DNA of 64,000 nucleotides from an uncultured Gammaproteobacteria bacterium (GTDB taxonomy: Bacteria; Pseudomonadota; Gammaproteobacteria; JABCZS01), in the NCBI GenBank assembly GCA_963848305.1, contig CAWKDC010000001.1, positions 1,184,001-1,248,000 of the forward strand, read 5' to 3'. This document shows positions 19,567-30,583 of this stretch, piece after piece (the stretch's first letter is position 1; every line of letters begins with the position of its first letter). The translations under genes were made by a program, and so were the position numbers. The notes below the pieces were generated by a model. It did not search any database. It was not told the origin of the DNA and saw only the letters and a program-made list of their open reading frames with translations.

Positions 19567-20239
19567 TCTTCTCCACCCACAAATCCCACACTTGATGCCC
19601 CAAATTCAACCCGCGTGCTTCAAACGCAGACACCACGCGATTGGGGCGCGGAATAAACCCGCTGCCATCGGGTGATGCATTCACAAAACGCGGATCAGCA
19701 TTGAACACAGCAAGCATGTGCATGGCATAATCTTCCCAATCGGTTGCACAATGAATAAACGCGCCGGGTTTCAATAATGGATAAACAGTGTTTAAAAATT
19801 CAGGTTGAATCAAACGTCGTTTATGGTGGCGAATTTTCGGCCAAGGGTCGGGAAAGAAAATTTGAATGCCTGATAAAGATTGCGACGGCAAGCGTTTCAA
19901 TACATCCATCACATCTTGATGACATACACGCACATTTTTCAAACTTGCTTCATGCAGATGATTTAAAAACTGCCCAATACCGGGACGGTGCACTTCGACA
20001 CCGATAAACCCTTGATGCGGATGTTGTGACGCTTGCGCGAATAACGATTCACCCTTTCCAATCCCGATTTCTAAAATAATGTCGTCGAACGGCAACAAGG
20101 TTTTCAAATCAATGTTGTCATCACCGCGCGGGATTTCATACAAGGGCAGTAAGTTTTCCAGCGCGCGTGCCTGCGCATCCGTCAAACGGGTTTCACGTTT
20201 GACGAAACTGCGGATGCGACGGGGAAAGGGTACGGTCAT
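19559..20239 (-). CDS. trmB: tRNA (guanine-N7)-methyltransferase
   Basis: IRSFVKR, LEIGIGKG, GVEVH, FFPDPWPK.RHHKRR, ATDWEDYA. Confidence 0.97.
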   Translation of the reverse strand: MTVPFPRRIRSFVKRETRLTDAQARALENLLPLYEIPRGDDNIDLKTLLPFDDIILEIGIGKGESLFAQASQHPHQGFIGVEVHRPGIGQFLNHLHEASLKNVRVCHQDVMDVLKRLPSQSLSGIQIFFPDPWPKIRHHKRRLIQPEFLNTVYPLLKPGAFIHCATDWEDYAMHMLAVFNADPRFVNASPDGSGFIPRPNRVVSAFEARGLNLGHQVWDLWVEKII

Positions 20240-21706
20240 TTTTTCTGCATTAACTCTTTCATGCGATCAAATAATTCGAGTGATTTTTGATTGGGATGGC
20301 TGAAACGGCAACCCCACGTTGCGCCAATCAACCCCATGATAAAGCCCGGCAATAGTTCGTATAGTGTGAAAATGCCGCCGACTGTGTGACCCAATATCGC
20401 CCATACCATGGCGGTGCCAGCGCCCATCAGCATGCCATATAAGGCTCCGGTGCGTGACATGTTGCGGTAAAAAAGTGAAACAAGCACAACAGGGCCGAAG
20501 GTTGCGCCTAACCCGCCCCAGGCGTGAGAGACTAACACGAAGACGCTGGGATTGGGATGATCTGCCATTAAAAAGGCGACACTCGCGATCAACAACACAG
20601 ACAAGCGTCCCATCCACACCAATTCTTTTTGCGATGCTGCGGGGCGGAAAGCATGTTTGTAAAAATCATTCACCAAGGCAGAGCCTGCTGCCATCATGAC
20701 CGCAGCCACTGTGCTGATGATCGCCGAAATAATTGCGGCCATGATGATCGCTGACGCCCAGGGGTTCAATAACAATTTGACGAGCGCAGGCAACACGGCT
20801 TCCGATGTAGGCAGCGTGCCTATCGAGAAATAAGCGATGCCGACAAAACCACTTAGCACGGCAGAGCCCAGCGCAATGACCATCCACGTCGTGCAAATGC
20901 GGCGGCCATACGTGATCGTTTCTTCATTCCGCGCAGACATGAATCGCACCAAAATATGGGGCTGACCAAAATAACCCAATCCCCACGCAATCGATGTGAA
21001 GAAAGAAATATCCAAAGCGACATTCCACAGTGAAGTTTTCTCAGGCGCAACGGCAATGATATGCGCATACAAGTTGCTCCATCCGCCTTCAAATCCCCAT
21101 ATGGCCGCGACAGGCACCATGACCAGCGCGACCAGCATCAACGTGCCTTGAAATAAATCGACCCAGTTCACCGCAAAATAACCCCCCACCACGCAATAGG
21201 CGATAATGATGGGCACTCACCCACAGCGCTTGATGGTAATCCATGTCCGCAGCGGTGACGAGCAGTTTTGCCGCGCCGACAAAACCTGAAGCGGCATACA
21301 CGGTGAAGAAGATCAGGAAGCAGAAGGCGGCGATATAACGCAAATATCCCGCACGAATGGCAAAACGATTTTCCAGATAGGCTGGTAACGTCAATGAATT
21401 GGACGCCACTTCTGTGTACATGCGCAAGCGGGGGGCAACGAATAACCAGTTGAGGTAACTGCCCACCAATAAACTGATGGGCAACCATGCTTCTCCAAGC
21501 CCTGTGACGTAGACAATCGCCGGCAGGCTTTGCATCAACCACGCGCTCATGTCGGAGGCGGCAACCCCCATCGCGGTGATGGTCGCATTGAAGCTGCGGC
21601 TGCCCAAGATATAATCAGCATGGGTGTGCGTGCGGCGGTAGGCGAGCAAGGTGATGCATAATATGCAAAGTGAGTAGACTGAGAAAGTTGTAATCAAGAC
21701 ATTCAT
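20236..21706 (-). CDS. putP: Sodium/proline symporter (apparent frameshift near 21215)
   Basis: ORF 21089-21706 (ASDMSAWL, APRLR) and ORF 20236-21216 (WGLGYFGQPHILVRFM) are the N- and C-halves of PutP. Confidence 0.9.
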
Positions 21707-21791
21707 TTAATACACTCCAAGGCCGTCCAGTTTAACCTAATTGTGCTACGATTGACAAGAAGGTCTTTCACAGCTAATCAAAGGAACATAT

Positions 21792-23361
21792 ATGAAAAGC
21801 TTACTCGGTATCCTCATCAAATCCGTCCTTGCCCTTGTGGTTTTCTTCGGCATCGCTCTGCTCGCTCTGAGTTTTTTTGCGAATCCCGAGCGCCTCAAGC
21901 CCTACGCAATCCAATACGTACAAGATAAATTTCAGCGTACATTGTCTGTCGGTGATATTTCATGGCGTGTTTTTCCCAAATTGGGCTTATCGTTGGATAA
22001 TGTGACATTGAGCGACACGCCGGCTTTTGGGAACGCTAATTTTGCGGCGATGAAATCGGTGAGCGTGTTTGTGGACACCTTGAGTTTGTTGGCGGGTCAC
22101 GTGAACGTGAAAACGGTTGAATTCGTCGATGTGAAAGCGAATTTAAAAACCACTGCAGCGGGTGTCAACAGTTGGGATGATTTGGCGACATCCCCCACCA
22201 GTGATACCAAAGCGGATTCTGCTGAAAAGGCACAAGCCAGTGGCGGAAAGGGATTGTCCATCAGCGATTTGAGTTTCAACATTGAAAAAATTGAGATTCA
22301 AAATGGTGAATTTAATTATGTTGATGATCGCGCCAAATCGACGTATAAAATAACAGAATTGAACTTTCAAGGCGAAAACATCAGCACGGATAAAGCATTC
22401 CCTGTGTCGATGAGCTTTGGATTATCGAGCTCTTCACCAGCGGTGACTGGCAAAATCAGCGCTAAAGCATCTTTAAAGGTTCCCATGAAAAATGGTGCTG
22501 TGGATAAGAGTGGCGTTACCTTAGAGGGTACCGTTGATATCCCTTCTATCAACCTGCAAGGGATTAAAATTTCTTCTTTGAAAGCGCCTGTTAAAGTGGC
22601 GAATCGGGTGCTGAAGTTGAATGGCATGACGGCGTCATTTTACGGCGGTAGCTTGGGCGGGAATGCGACGATTGATTCGAGCAGCGTGCCTACCAAAGTA
22701 TCCGTGGATTACAATTTGAAAGGCGTGCAAATGGGCCCCATGTTGAAGGACACCGGCAGCAAGGATACCATTACGGGCACGTTGACGATGAAGGGCAATG
22801 TGTCGTTTAACACATCAGCGGATAAAAAACAAACCATGAGAACGTTGGATGGTCAAGGCCAAATGGAAGTCAAAAATGGCGTATTGAAGGGTGTGGGCAC
22901 TTGCTTATTTTTACGCGATGGGATCAAATTTGATCAATCCTAAAAATTTGATTGCATCGCGCCCCAACAATGGACAAACTGATTTTACCACCAGTACGGC
23001 GCATTTTACTTTTAACAAGGGCGTGTTGAGTAATTCCGACTTTGTGATTTACAACACCGGCATATATGGTTCCGGCGCAGGTACAATCAATTTGGTGAGT
23101 GATCAGATAAGCTATCGTTTTCGTATTCAAGGCGCAAAGCAAGGCGCCAACGGTATTGAACCTGTGGGCACTGCAATCCCCTTGCAAATTTCAGGTACGA
23201 CCAGTAATCCTACCATCGGTTTAGATATCCCCGCCTCTTTGCTGGAGGGCGTAAAGCAAGGCGTATTGCAGGGGTTGAATCCTGCGCCTCAGAAGGGTCA
23301 ACAAGGTGTGGGCGGCGTGGCTGGGCAGATCCTGAATGTGTTTGGAGGCGGGAGCAGGTGA
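21792..23361 (+). CDS. asmA: AsmA family protein (apparent frameshift near 22895)
   Basis: N-terminal anchor, WRVFPKLG, NSWDDL; second ORF supplies the AsmA C-terminus (GVLSNSDF, GAGTINL, IPLQISGT); asmA-mutY synteny. Confidence 0.85.
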
Positions 23362-23377
23362 TTAACCTCAAGACATA

Positions 23378-23436
23378 TTGCTCAAAGCAAGCCCGGGGGC
23401 TTTAATTTATATGTGTAAATGATAAACCCGGGGTTT
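23378..23436 (+). promoter_or_regulatory. Putative sigma70 promoter with two related palindromic operators
   Basis: TTGCTC-17-TTTAAT; AAGCCCGGGGGCTT (23389-23402) and AAACCCGGGGTTT (23424-23436). Confidence 0.55.
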
Positions 23437-23626
23437 GAAAATGACAGATAAGAAAGGAAGTACTTATGAATCAATACAATACATGCTAAAGCACTTCCCC
23501 TGTGTGGCTGTTATTGGTGCTAGACAGGTTGGAGAATCAACATTACTAGGTTTTGTGATTAATAATGCTGAAAAAAAAGTTTTTCTTAGGGAGAACATCA
23601 TTCAGCTGCCTGCGAATTTCATTTAA
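23435..23626 (+). pseudogene. Internally deleted AAA_14/DUF4143 ATPase remnant
   Basis: FPCVAVIGARQVGESTLL (Walker A with K to E) joined in frame to a typical C-terminus GFVINN...IIQLPANFI. Confidence 0.75.
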
Positions 23627-23761
23627 TATTTTAAGGTTAATTTTTGTTTGAATGCTATCGCATTTTTTCACACAATGGTGAAGGATTGGAATGGTCTGCA
23701 TCATGTGTTATTATGCTCATATGTATACATGTTTTTTTGAAGAGTTATCGTAGGCGTTGAA

Positions 23762-24883
23762 ATGTCTAAATCAACCATAAACCCCTCTTCCTTCTCCTCC
23801 GCCGTTTTAAAATGGTACAAACGTTTCGGGCGTAAAGATTTGCCGTGGCAACAAGATCCCACACCGTATCGCGTGTGGGTATCTGAAATCATGCTGCAGC
23901 AAACGCAGGTCTCGACCGTGATCGATTATTACGCGCGTTTCATGGCACGTTTTCCAGATGTGCAGGCGCTTGCTGCAGCACCGCTCGATGCTGTGTTAAA
24001 TCTCTGGGCAGGGTTGGGATATTATGCCCGTGGTCGCAACTTGCATAAAGCGGCACAGATGATTGTCACATCCGGGGGTGAATTTCCGAGCACATTAGAA
24101 GGGTTGATGGCGTTGCCTGGTGTGGGCGCATCCACTGCTGGCGCGATTTTGTCTTTATCTTTTCAACAACGCGCTGTGATTTTAGACGGCAATGTGAAGC
24201 GCGTACTTGCGCGTGTGCTCGCCCTCCCTGATTGGCCCGGTGAACCTGCGGCATTGGCCAGGTTATGGGAAACCGCGCAGCAATGCACGCCGATAAAAAA
24301 TGTTCGCGCATACAATCAAGCCATGATGGATTTGGGCGCGATGATTTGCACGCGCACAAAACCGCGATGCGATGCATGCCCGCTCACCTTACATTGTTTG
24401 GCTTATGCACAAGGGTTGCAATCGCGTTTGCCTGTGGGGAAAAAGCGTCGCGCGTTGCCAGAGCGTCATGCGAAAATGATGTGTATCGTACGGCAGGATG
24501 GCGCGTTATTATTGGAGCAGCGGCCGAGCCCAGGCATTTGGGGTGGTTTGTGGTGTTTCCCATTATATGATGAAACTTGTCTGAGCGCATTGCCTCTGGC
24601 GCGGCGTGAATATGGTGGCGTATCTTCTCATACATTCACGCATTATCGTTGGCATGTCGAAGTGGAGTGGTTTTTTTTGGCAGAAGAACCTCTTTCCCTG
24701 CCGGCAAATCATCTCTGGTATACTCACGACAGCGAGCCAGTAGGTTTGGCCGCAATAGTCACCAAACTTGCTCAAGGATACTCAGATGGAAGGAACAGTG
24801 TTTTGCCAAAAATACCAACAAGAATTGCCGGCTCTGGAACGCCCACCCTATCCTGGCCCCCTGGGTCAGCGGATTTTGAATAA
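23762..24883 (+). CDS. mutY: A/G-specific adenine glycosylase
   Basis: [26 protein letters not shown], HhH LPGVG, Fe-S motif [17 protein letters not shown]. Confidence 0.97.
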   Translation: MSKSTINPSSFSSAVLKWYKRFGRKDLPWQQDPTPYRVWVSEIMLQQTQVSTVIDYYARFMARFPDVQALAAAPLDAVLNLWAGLGYYARGRNLHKAAQMIVTSGGEFPSTLEGLMALPGVGASTAGAILSLSFQQRAVILDGNVKRVLARVLALPDWPGEPAALARLWETAQQCTPIKNVRAYNQAMMDLGAMICTRTKPRCDACPLTLHCLAYAQGLQSRLPVGKKRRALPERHAKMMCIVRQDGALLLEQRPSPGIWGGLWCFPLYDETCLSALPLARREYGGVSSHTFTHYRWHVEVEWFFLAEEPLSLPANHLWYTHDSEPVGLAAIVTKLAQGYSDGRNSVLPKIPTRIAGSGTPTLSWPPGSADFE

Positions 24884-25064
24884 TATTTCAGCGAAAGCGT
24901 GGCAAGATTGGATTGCACATCAAACCATGTTGATCAATGAGAATCGGTTAAGCTTATTGGATCCACAGGCGCGCGTGTTTCTTGAAAGAGAAATGGAAAA
25001 ATTTTTATTTGGAGAAGGTAGCGAGAAACCTGCGGGTTATAAACCCCTTGACGCTCAGGATTAA
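24786..25064 (+). CDS. yggX: Fe(II)-trafficking/oxidative damage protection protein
   Basis: [31 protein letters not shown]. Confidence 0.95.
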   Translation: MEGTVFCQKYQQELPALERPPYPGPLGQRILNNISAKAWQDWIAHQTMLINENRLSLLDPQARVFLEREMEKFLFGEGSEKPAGYKPLDAQD

Positions 25065-25085
25065 ATGCGGTTTAATACCCGCTCT

Positions 25086-25161
<76 letters not shown>

Positions 25162-25174
25162 GTTTTCTCACACA

Positions 25175-25232
25175 CGCCCCCTTGTAGGGGCGCAGCATGC
25201 TGCGTCCTTGATAAGGCCCGCGGCCTTATCAA
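25175..25232 (+). repeat. GTAG-type REP-like palindrome followed by an 11-bp perfect hairpin (possible terminator)
   Basis: GTAGGGGCGCAGCATGCTGCGTCC at 25184-25207; TTGATAAGGCC-CGC-GGCCTTATCAA at 25208-25232. Confidence 0.65.
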
Positions 25233-25248
25233 TGTTTGGAGCCCCGGA

Positions 25249-26595
25249 ATGCAAACCTCCCGTATTGCCCAATGGTCATCTCGCTGGTTATTTATCTTGG
25301 CCGCGACGGGTTCGGCCGTAGGCTTGGGGAATGTCTGGCGATTTCCTTATATCACAGGTCAAAATGGCGGTGGTGCATTTGTCTTGATGTACATTGGCTT
25401 AGTCCTCTTGATTGGCATGCCCGTGCTGATGGCAGAAATCATGATTGGTCGTCGTGGTGCACAAAATCCCGTGCAAAGTGTTGCCAATGTGGCCGTGGAA
25501 TCAGGCTTGTCATCGCGTTGGGGCTGGTTGGGTTTTGCGGGTATTCTCACTTCTTTTTTCTTATTATCTATTTATAGCGTCGTTGCCGGTTGGAGTGCAG
25601 CGTATGTCATCCGCACATTTTCGGGCAGTTTTCATGGGTTAAGTCCGCTGGAAGTTGCTGCTTCTTACGATGCATTCATTGCCAGTCCTGGGGCGCTCGT
25701 GTTTTGGCACACGGTCTTCATTGTGGCGACGGGTGCGGTCGTCGCGCGAGGTTTGCGTGAAGGGCTCGAGAAAGCGATTGAAATCTTGGTGCCTGGTCTC
25801 TTTATTATTCTGCTCATTTTGATCGGTTATGCGATCACCACGCCCGGCTTTAAAGAAGGGATTTCATTTCTGTTGATGCCAAATTTTGAGGCGATCACGG
25901 CGAAAAGTTTTTTAACGGCATTGGGTCAAGCATTTTTCACACTCAGTATCGCGACAGCCAGCATGTTAATTTATGGCGCTTATTTGCCGAAAGACGCATC
26001 GATTTTCAAAGCGTCACTGTGCATTGCCGGCCTTGATACATTGGCTGCCTTGTTGGCGGGCATCGCGATTTTCCCGATTGTGTTCAGTTATGGTTTAACA
26101 CCGACTGAAGGGCCTGGCCTGGTATTCAAAACATTGCCGATTGCGTTTGGTGAAATGCCTTATGGCACTTTTTTTGGGGGATTGTTTTTCACGTTATTAG
26201 TGTTCGCTGCACTGACATCGGCAATATCAATGGTAGAGCCTATGGTGGCATGGATCACACAACGTTTTAATATCAAGCGTGTGTGGGCGACAGTGTGGGC
26301 GGCAGGTTCTGCTTGGTTTGTTGGATTGGGTGCGGCGTTATCATTCAATGTGTGGGCAGATTACCGATTGTTTGGCCGTTTCAATTATTATGATTTGCTC
26401 GATATTCTTGTCACCATGATATTATTACCTGCAGGTGGGTTAATGTTGGCAGTGTTCGGCGGTTGGTTTGTTTCTCGCCGCATCTCATTTGAAGAGTTGG
26501 CCATGCCAGTGTGGGTTTACAATATTTGGCGTTTTTCTGTGCGTTATTTTGCGCCGATTGCTGTCGCTGTCATGGTTTGGATGATGGTGGCGTAA
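25249..26595 (+). CDS. Sodium-dependent transporter (NSS/SNF family)
   Basis: GSAVGLGNVWRFPY..GQNGGGAF, GQAFFTLS, GPGLVFKTLP. Confidence 0.95.
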   Translation: MQTSRIAQWSSRWLFILAATGSAVGLGNVWRFPYITGQNGGGAFVLMYIGLVLLIGMPVLMAEIMIGRRGAQNPVQSVANVAVESGLSSRWGWLGFAGILTSFFLLSIYSVVAGWSAAYVIRTFSGSFHGLSPLEVAASYDAFIASPGALVFWHTVFIVATGAVVARGLREGLEKAIEILVPGLFIILLILIGYAITTPGFKEGISFLLMPNFEAITAKSFLTALGQAFFTLSIATASMLIYGAYLPKDASIFKASLCIAGLDTLAALLAGIAIFPIVFSYGLTPTEGPGLVFKTLPIAFGEMPYGTFFGGLFFTLLVFAALTSAISMVEPMVAWITQRFNIKRVWATVWAAGSAWFVGLGAALSFNVWADYRLFGRFNYYDLLDILVTMILLPAGGLMLAVFGGWFVSRRISFEELAMPVWVYNIWRFSVRYFAPIAVAVMVWMMVA

Positions 26596-26623
26596 TTTTA
26601 AAAAGGTTCACAAGGAGGTTTTT

Positions 26624-27367
26624 ATGGAATTCAAATTGCATCAAGTGGTGTCTGCCACTATTCTGGGCGTAGCGATTGGTCTGGGTTTGTCGGTGTCTGG
26701 TCACTATATTGAGCAAGGCATGGTGAAATTTCGATCCGCTGATAGGGTTGTCAGCGTCAAAGGCCTGGCTGAAAAAGAAGTCAAATCAGATTTGGGTGTC
26801 TGGAATATCACGTTTAAAACCGTTGGCAATGATTTAGAAACCAGTTATGTGGGTATATCTGCTGCGCAAGATAAAATAGAAGCCTTCTTGACTGCCAATG
26901 GGTTTGCTGCGAATGAAATGTCATTGGGTGGCATACAGGTCACCGATTTAATGGCGCGTGAATATGGCACGTCAGATGTTAAACCTGAGTACCGTTATAT
27001 TTTGCGTAATAAAGTGATTGTTCGCACGGTTGATGTGGATAAAATTGAACATGCATTACAAGCCAGTAATCAATTGGTGAAAGAAGGTGTGTTGTTGGAA
27101 GATTTAAACAGCATCCGTTATTTTTACACGCAATTGAATGCCATTCGCCCGGACATGTTGGCCCTTGCGACGCAAAGCGCGCGCACATTGGCGGAACAGT
27201 TTGCGAAGGATTCCGGTAGCGAGGTTGGGCAGATTCGCCAGGCGAATCAGGGCGTGTTCAGGATTTTACCGCGCGATGGGGCTGAAGGTGACTTCGGCAT
27301 GGAAGATACCAGCAGTGTGTATAAGAAAGTACGCGTGGTGTCGACAATAGATTACGCGTTGGAATAA
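26624..27367 (+). CDS. SIMPL (DUF541) domain protein
   Basis: RVVSVKGLAEKEV.SD, AEQFAKDSGS.VG.IR.ANQGVF, KKVRVVSTIDY. Confidence 0.9.
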   Translation: MEFKLHQVVSATILGVAIGLGLSVSGHYIEQGMVKFRSADRVVSVKGLAEKEVKSDLGVWNITFKTVGNDLETSYVGISAAQDKIEAFLTANGFAANEMSLGGIQVTDLMAREYGTSDVKPEYRYILRNKVIVRTVDVDKIEHALQASNQLVKEGVLLEDLNSIRYFYTQLNAIRPDMLALATQSARTLAEQFAKDSGSEVGQIRQANQGVFRILPRDGAEGDFGMEDTSSVYKKVRVVSTIDYALE

Positions 27368-27374
27368 TGCGATT

Positions 27375-27430
27375 GTAGGGGCGAGAGAGGGATTGATTCG
27401 CGCCATTCATGGCGCGAACCCCTTTGGGTC
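27375..27430. repeat. Partial copy of the tRNA-Ser 3' arm plus hairpin
   Basis: GAGAGAGGGATT (27383-27394) repeats part of the tRNA; hairpin TTCGCGCCAT-TC-ATGGCGCGAA; preceded by GTAGGGGCG. Confidence 0.6.
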
Positions 27431-27442
27431 ACCTAATATTTT

Positions 27443-27533
27443 TGGCGGAGAGAGAGGGATTCGAACCCTCGGTACGGGGTTACCGTACACACACTTTCCA
27501 GGCGTGCGCCTTCAGCCGCTCGGCCATCTCTCC
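27443..27533 (-). tRNA. tRNA-Ser (GGA)
   Basis: GGAGAGATGGCCGAGCGGCTGAAGGC...CTGGAAA...long variable arm...TTCGAATCCCTCTCTCTCCGCCA. Confidence 0.98.
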
Positions 27534-27824
27534 TGAGCGCGTAGCATACTGTATTTGATGTAAAAAGGAAAGCAAATTTCAAGATGCATAGGGTCAGATA
27601 CATATTGCACTCAGTTCGCCCTCTTTCAGGCGTGCGCTTCGAATCAAGGGCTGAATGGTTTCTTCTTGCCAATAAAAGTGAGGCCAATCAGCCTGTTGAC
27701 AAATCCACTGTCATTCATTGAAATACATATGTTATAACCCCTGTATGAGCCGAATAATCACCGGATTTGGCTTATTACTCGGAAGATGCTTGCAAAAATG
27801 GTCTCATTCCGTCAAAATGACGCC

Positions 27825-28472
27825 ATGGAAAAAAGCTTTCTCAAAATTCTCGAGGGTTATGAAGCCTTTCGAGACAAATACGCCCATGGGGATAGTTCTG
27901 TCATGCGCTACCTCTCTGCCTATGGCCAACAGCCGAAGGTCATGATTGTGGCTTGCTGTGACTCTCGCGTGGACCCTGCCTTGATTCTGCAGTGTGACCC
28001 GGGCGATTTATTCATCACCCGCAACGTCGCCAATATCGTGCCTCCCTACGAGCATGATACGGGTCACCACGGTACCAGCGCGGCGCTAGAGTTTGGCATA
28101 CGATTTTTGGAAGTGAACCATTTGATTTTGCTGGGCCACAGCCAATGTGGGGGTGTTCAAGCGGCGCTGGATCATGCCATGGCGCATCAAAATGACTTTA
28201 TCAGCAATTGGGTCTCCATCCTGAAAACAGATGATTTGCCCAACCACAATGTCGATGATTGCGCCAAACGCATGTTGAATCAATCTTACCAAAATTGCCT
28301 GGCATTCCCCTGGATTCAAGAAAAATTGGCACAGAAAAAACTGATGATTCACCTTTGGTTTTTTGACATTCATTCTGGGCAGATTTTCAGGTATGCAGAA
28401 GATCATCAAGCCTATGAGCCGCTTACTTCATCCCTTTTGGATGATATCAGGGCTTATACGGCCGGTTCCTGA
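27825..28472 (+). CDS. Beta-class carbonic anhydrase
   Basis: ACCDSRV, PGDLFITRNVAN, GHSQCGG zinc ligands. Confidence 0.95.
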   Translation: MEKSFLKILEGYEAFRDKYAHGDSSVMRYLSAYGQQPKVMIVACCDSRVDPALILQCDPGDLFITRNVANIVPPYEHDTGHHGTSAALEFGIRFLEVNHLILLGHSQCGGVQAALDHAMAHQNDFISNWVSILKTDDLPNHNVDDCAKRMLNQSYQNCLAFPWIQEKLAQKKLMIHLWFFDIHSGQIFRYAEDHQAYEPLTSSLLDDIRAYTAGS

Positions 28473-28474
28473 AT

Positions 28475-28568
28475 GTATTAAAATACCCAATTTAATCTAA
28501 AAAACGTATTAAAATACATTATTTATAAAATATGGCGATTTACATCGTTATAAATAATGTACTATAAT
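28475..28568 (+). promoter_or_regulatory. Promoter/operator of the HipBA-like operon
   Basis: GTATTAAAATAC twice (28475, 28506); 14-bp inverted repeat TACATTATTTATAA/TTATAAATAATGTA; TTTACA-18-TATAAT. Confidence 0.7.
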
Positions 28569-28574
28569 GCAAGT

Positions 28575-28886
28575 ATGAACACACATCCGCTCAATCCCAT
28601 GTTAGCCAAAGAGTTATTGGATTTAGGCCAATGGCTGCGCACGCTTCGAAAGAAGCGAAAAATCACCATTGAGGAGATGTGTGTACGTATTGGTGTTAAA
28701 AACCCACGGACTGTCAGCAAAATCGAAAAGGGAGACCCGACAGTGTCGCTGGGCACATTCATTGAATACATTAATATTTTGGGTTTGGCCCGCAATGTTT
28801 CTGAGCGCATTTTGGGAGATTATATATCGGTAGTCACTGACCAAAAGAGAAAACCCGTTTTTAAAGATGAGGATATGAACTTTTAA
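28575..28886 (+). CDS. XRE-family HTH protein, HipB-like antitoxin
   Basis: LRTLRKKRKIT...TVSKIEKGDPTVSLG; stop overlaps the hipA start. Confidence 0.88.
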   Translation: MNTHPLNPMLAKELLDLGQWLRTLRKKRKITIEEMCVRIGVKNPRTVSKIEKGDPTVSLGTFIEYINILGLARNVSERILGDYISVVTDQKRKPVFKDEDMNF

Positions 28887-30070
28887 TGAAAGAAGAAATT
28901 GTTTATGTATATTTAAATAATGCATTTGTTCCTGCGGGACGTTTAGCATTTGAGCCTGCTGGTCGTTTTTCTAGGGCATATTTTCGCTATGGCGAAGAAT
29001 ATCTAAAACGAAAAGATGCGATGAGTATTGATCCTGTACAACTGCCACTTGTTGGAAAAGAATTTGTTACAGAACAGGGTTTTGATATGTTTAATGGCAT
29101 CAGAGATGCTGGCCCTGATCGCTGGGGTAGATATTTGCTTGATAAAAAATATACTCGAGGATTGGATGAATTAGATTATATTACATTGCTTGGGCATGAT
29201 CGAAGTGGTGCGTTGGGTTTTGCAGATCATGCGCAAGGTATGGTTAAACCTATTTCCAAAAGACTGGATTTAAAAATATGTATCGACGCAGCAGAACAAG
29301 CCCTTTCTGGAAAAAATACCCCTGAATTGGAAGCTTTTTTAAATTATGGGCCATCATTGGGTGGTGCTCGACCCAAAGCAACGGTGACATGGAATAATAA
29401 ACCTTATGTTGCGAAATTCACGGTATCAATGGATAAAAAAAATGAAGCTTTGATTGAGTACGCCACCATGTCATTGGCAAAAATATGCGGAATGAATGTG
29501 CCACTGCTGGACAAAACACAGGTTTCAGGTCGTGATATTTTTTTAATTGAACGGTTTGATCGAAAAACAGATGCTATGGGGGAACATCCTATTCCATTTA
29601 TGTCAGGTCTCACGGCCACAGGATTTCATGAGCAGGATTATCAACAATGGAGCTATTTGTCTCTGTGCGATGCTATCAATCGCTTCAGTCAAGATCCTGT
29701 TGCAGATAAAATTGAATTATTTAAGCGTATGGTATTCAATATTTTGGTATTTAATAATGATGATCACATGCGCAATCATGGATTTATATATGTGGGTGAG
29801 CAAAAATGGCGCTTGTCACCACTCTATGATGTAGTCCCCGGCGTATTGAGCGGCGAAACCTATATGTTGGTGATGATTATCGGTGAACGGGGCAAGGAAG
29901 CCAGCCTTGAAAATGCACTGTCATCGGCAGGGTATTTTGGCTTGACCATAGATCAAGCAAAAGGGGTTTGCAAAACAATTGCAACACAGGTGAAAAAATG
30001 GGAGACCCATTTTAGGGCATGCGGCGTAAGTTCTCAAGATATTGAAAAAATTAGACATTCTTTCAGATGA
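28886..30070 (+). CDS. HipA-family kinase toxin
   Basis: DAGPDRWG, SLGGARPKA, IERFDR, NNDDHMRNHGF, LSPLYD. Confidence 0.95.
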   Translation: MKEEIVYVYLNNAFVPAGRLAFEPAGRFSRAYFRYGEEYLKRKDAMSIDPVQLPLVGKEFVTEQGFDMFNGIRDAGPDRWGRYLLDKKYTRGLDELDYITLLGHDRSGALGFADHAQGMVKPISKRLDLKICIDAAEQALSGKNTPELEAFLNYGPSLGGARPKATVTWNNKPYVAKFTVSMDKKNEALIEYATMSLAKICGMNVPLLDKTQVSGRDIFLIERFDRKTDAMGEHPIPFMSGLTATGFHEQDYQQWSYLSLCDAINRFSQDPVADKIELFKRMVFNILVFNNDDHMRNHGFIYVGEQKWRLSPLYDVVPGVLSGETYMLVMIIGERGKEASLENALSSAGYFGLTIDQAKGVCKTIATQVKKWETHFRACGVSSQDIEKIRHSFR

Positions 30071-30115
30071 TTTTATCCCGCCCCATCGAAACAGATCCAA
30101 TGGGGCGCTATAAAC

Positions 30116-30565
30116 ATGAAGCGCAAAGGATACTGGGAGCATATCCAGCATTCTCCAGCGTGGCACAGTTGGGTGGGATATGCTTTTGAACTGGTGTGTT
30201 ATAAACATATTCCTCAAATTAGTAATGCATTGCATATTACCCCCACAGCGTTGCCCTACACATGGCGACACGTGCCTGGGAAGGATGCACCCGAGCAAGG
30301 CGCTCAAATTGATTTGCTATTTGACAGAAATGATGATTCAATCACGTTGTGTGAAATAAAATATACGGATAAACCTTATGGGATAGATAAGCAATATGCG
30401 CAAATATTGCTTCAAAAAATGGAAGTTTTTAAAAAACAAACACGGACACGGAAAAATATTTTTATGGCAATGATTGCAGCGAGTGGTTTGAAAGATACGA
30501 TGTATTCAGAAGAGATCGTGCAAGGTGTTGTCACGTTGGATGATTTGTTTAAAGAGGTGCAATAG
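30116..30565 (+). pseudogene. C-terminal PD-(D/E)xK fragment of an AAA-ATPase/nuclease gene
   Basis: W.GYAFELVC..HI.QI and AQIDLLFDR.D..ITLCEIKY; no ATPase domain upstream. Confidence 0.78.
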
Positions 30566-30583
30566 TCATGAAAGGAGCCACTT

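Noticed and set aside
24786-24883. 98-nt mutY/yggX overlap
   Set aside because: Most likely a non-conserved C-terminal run-on or an indel; no evidence of function
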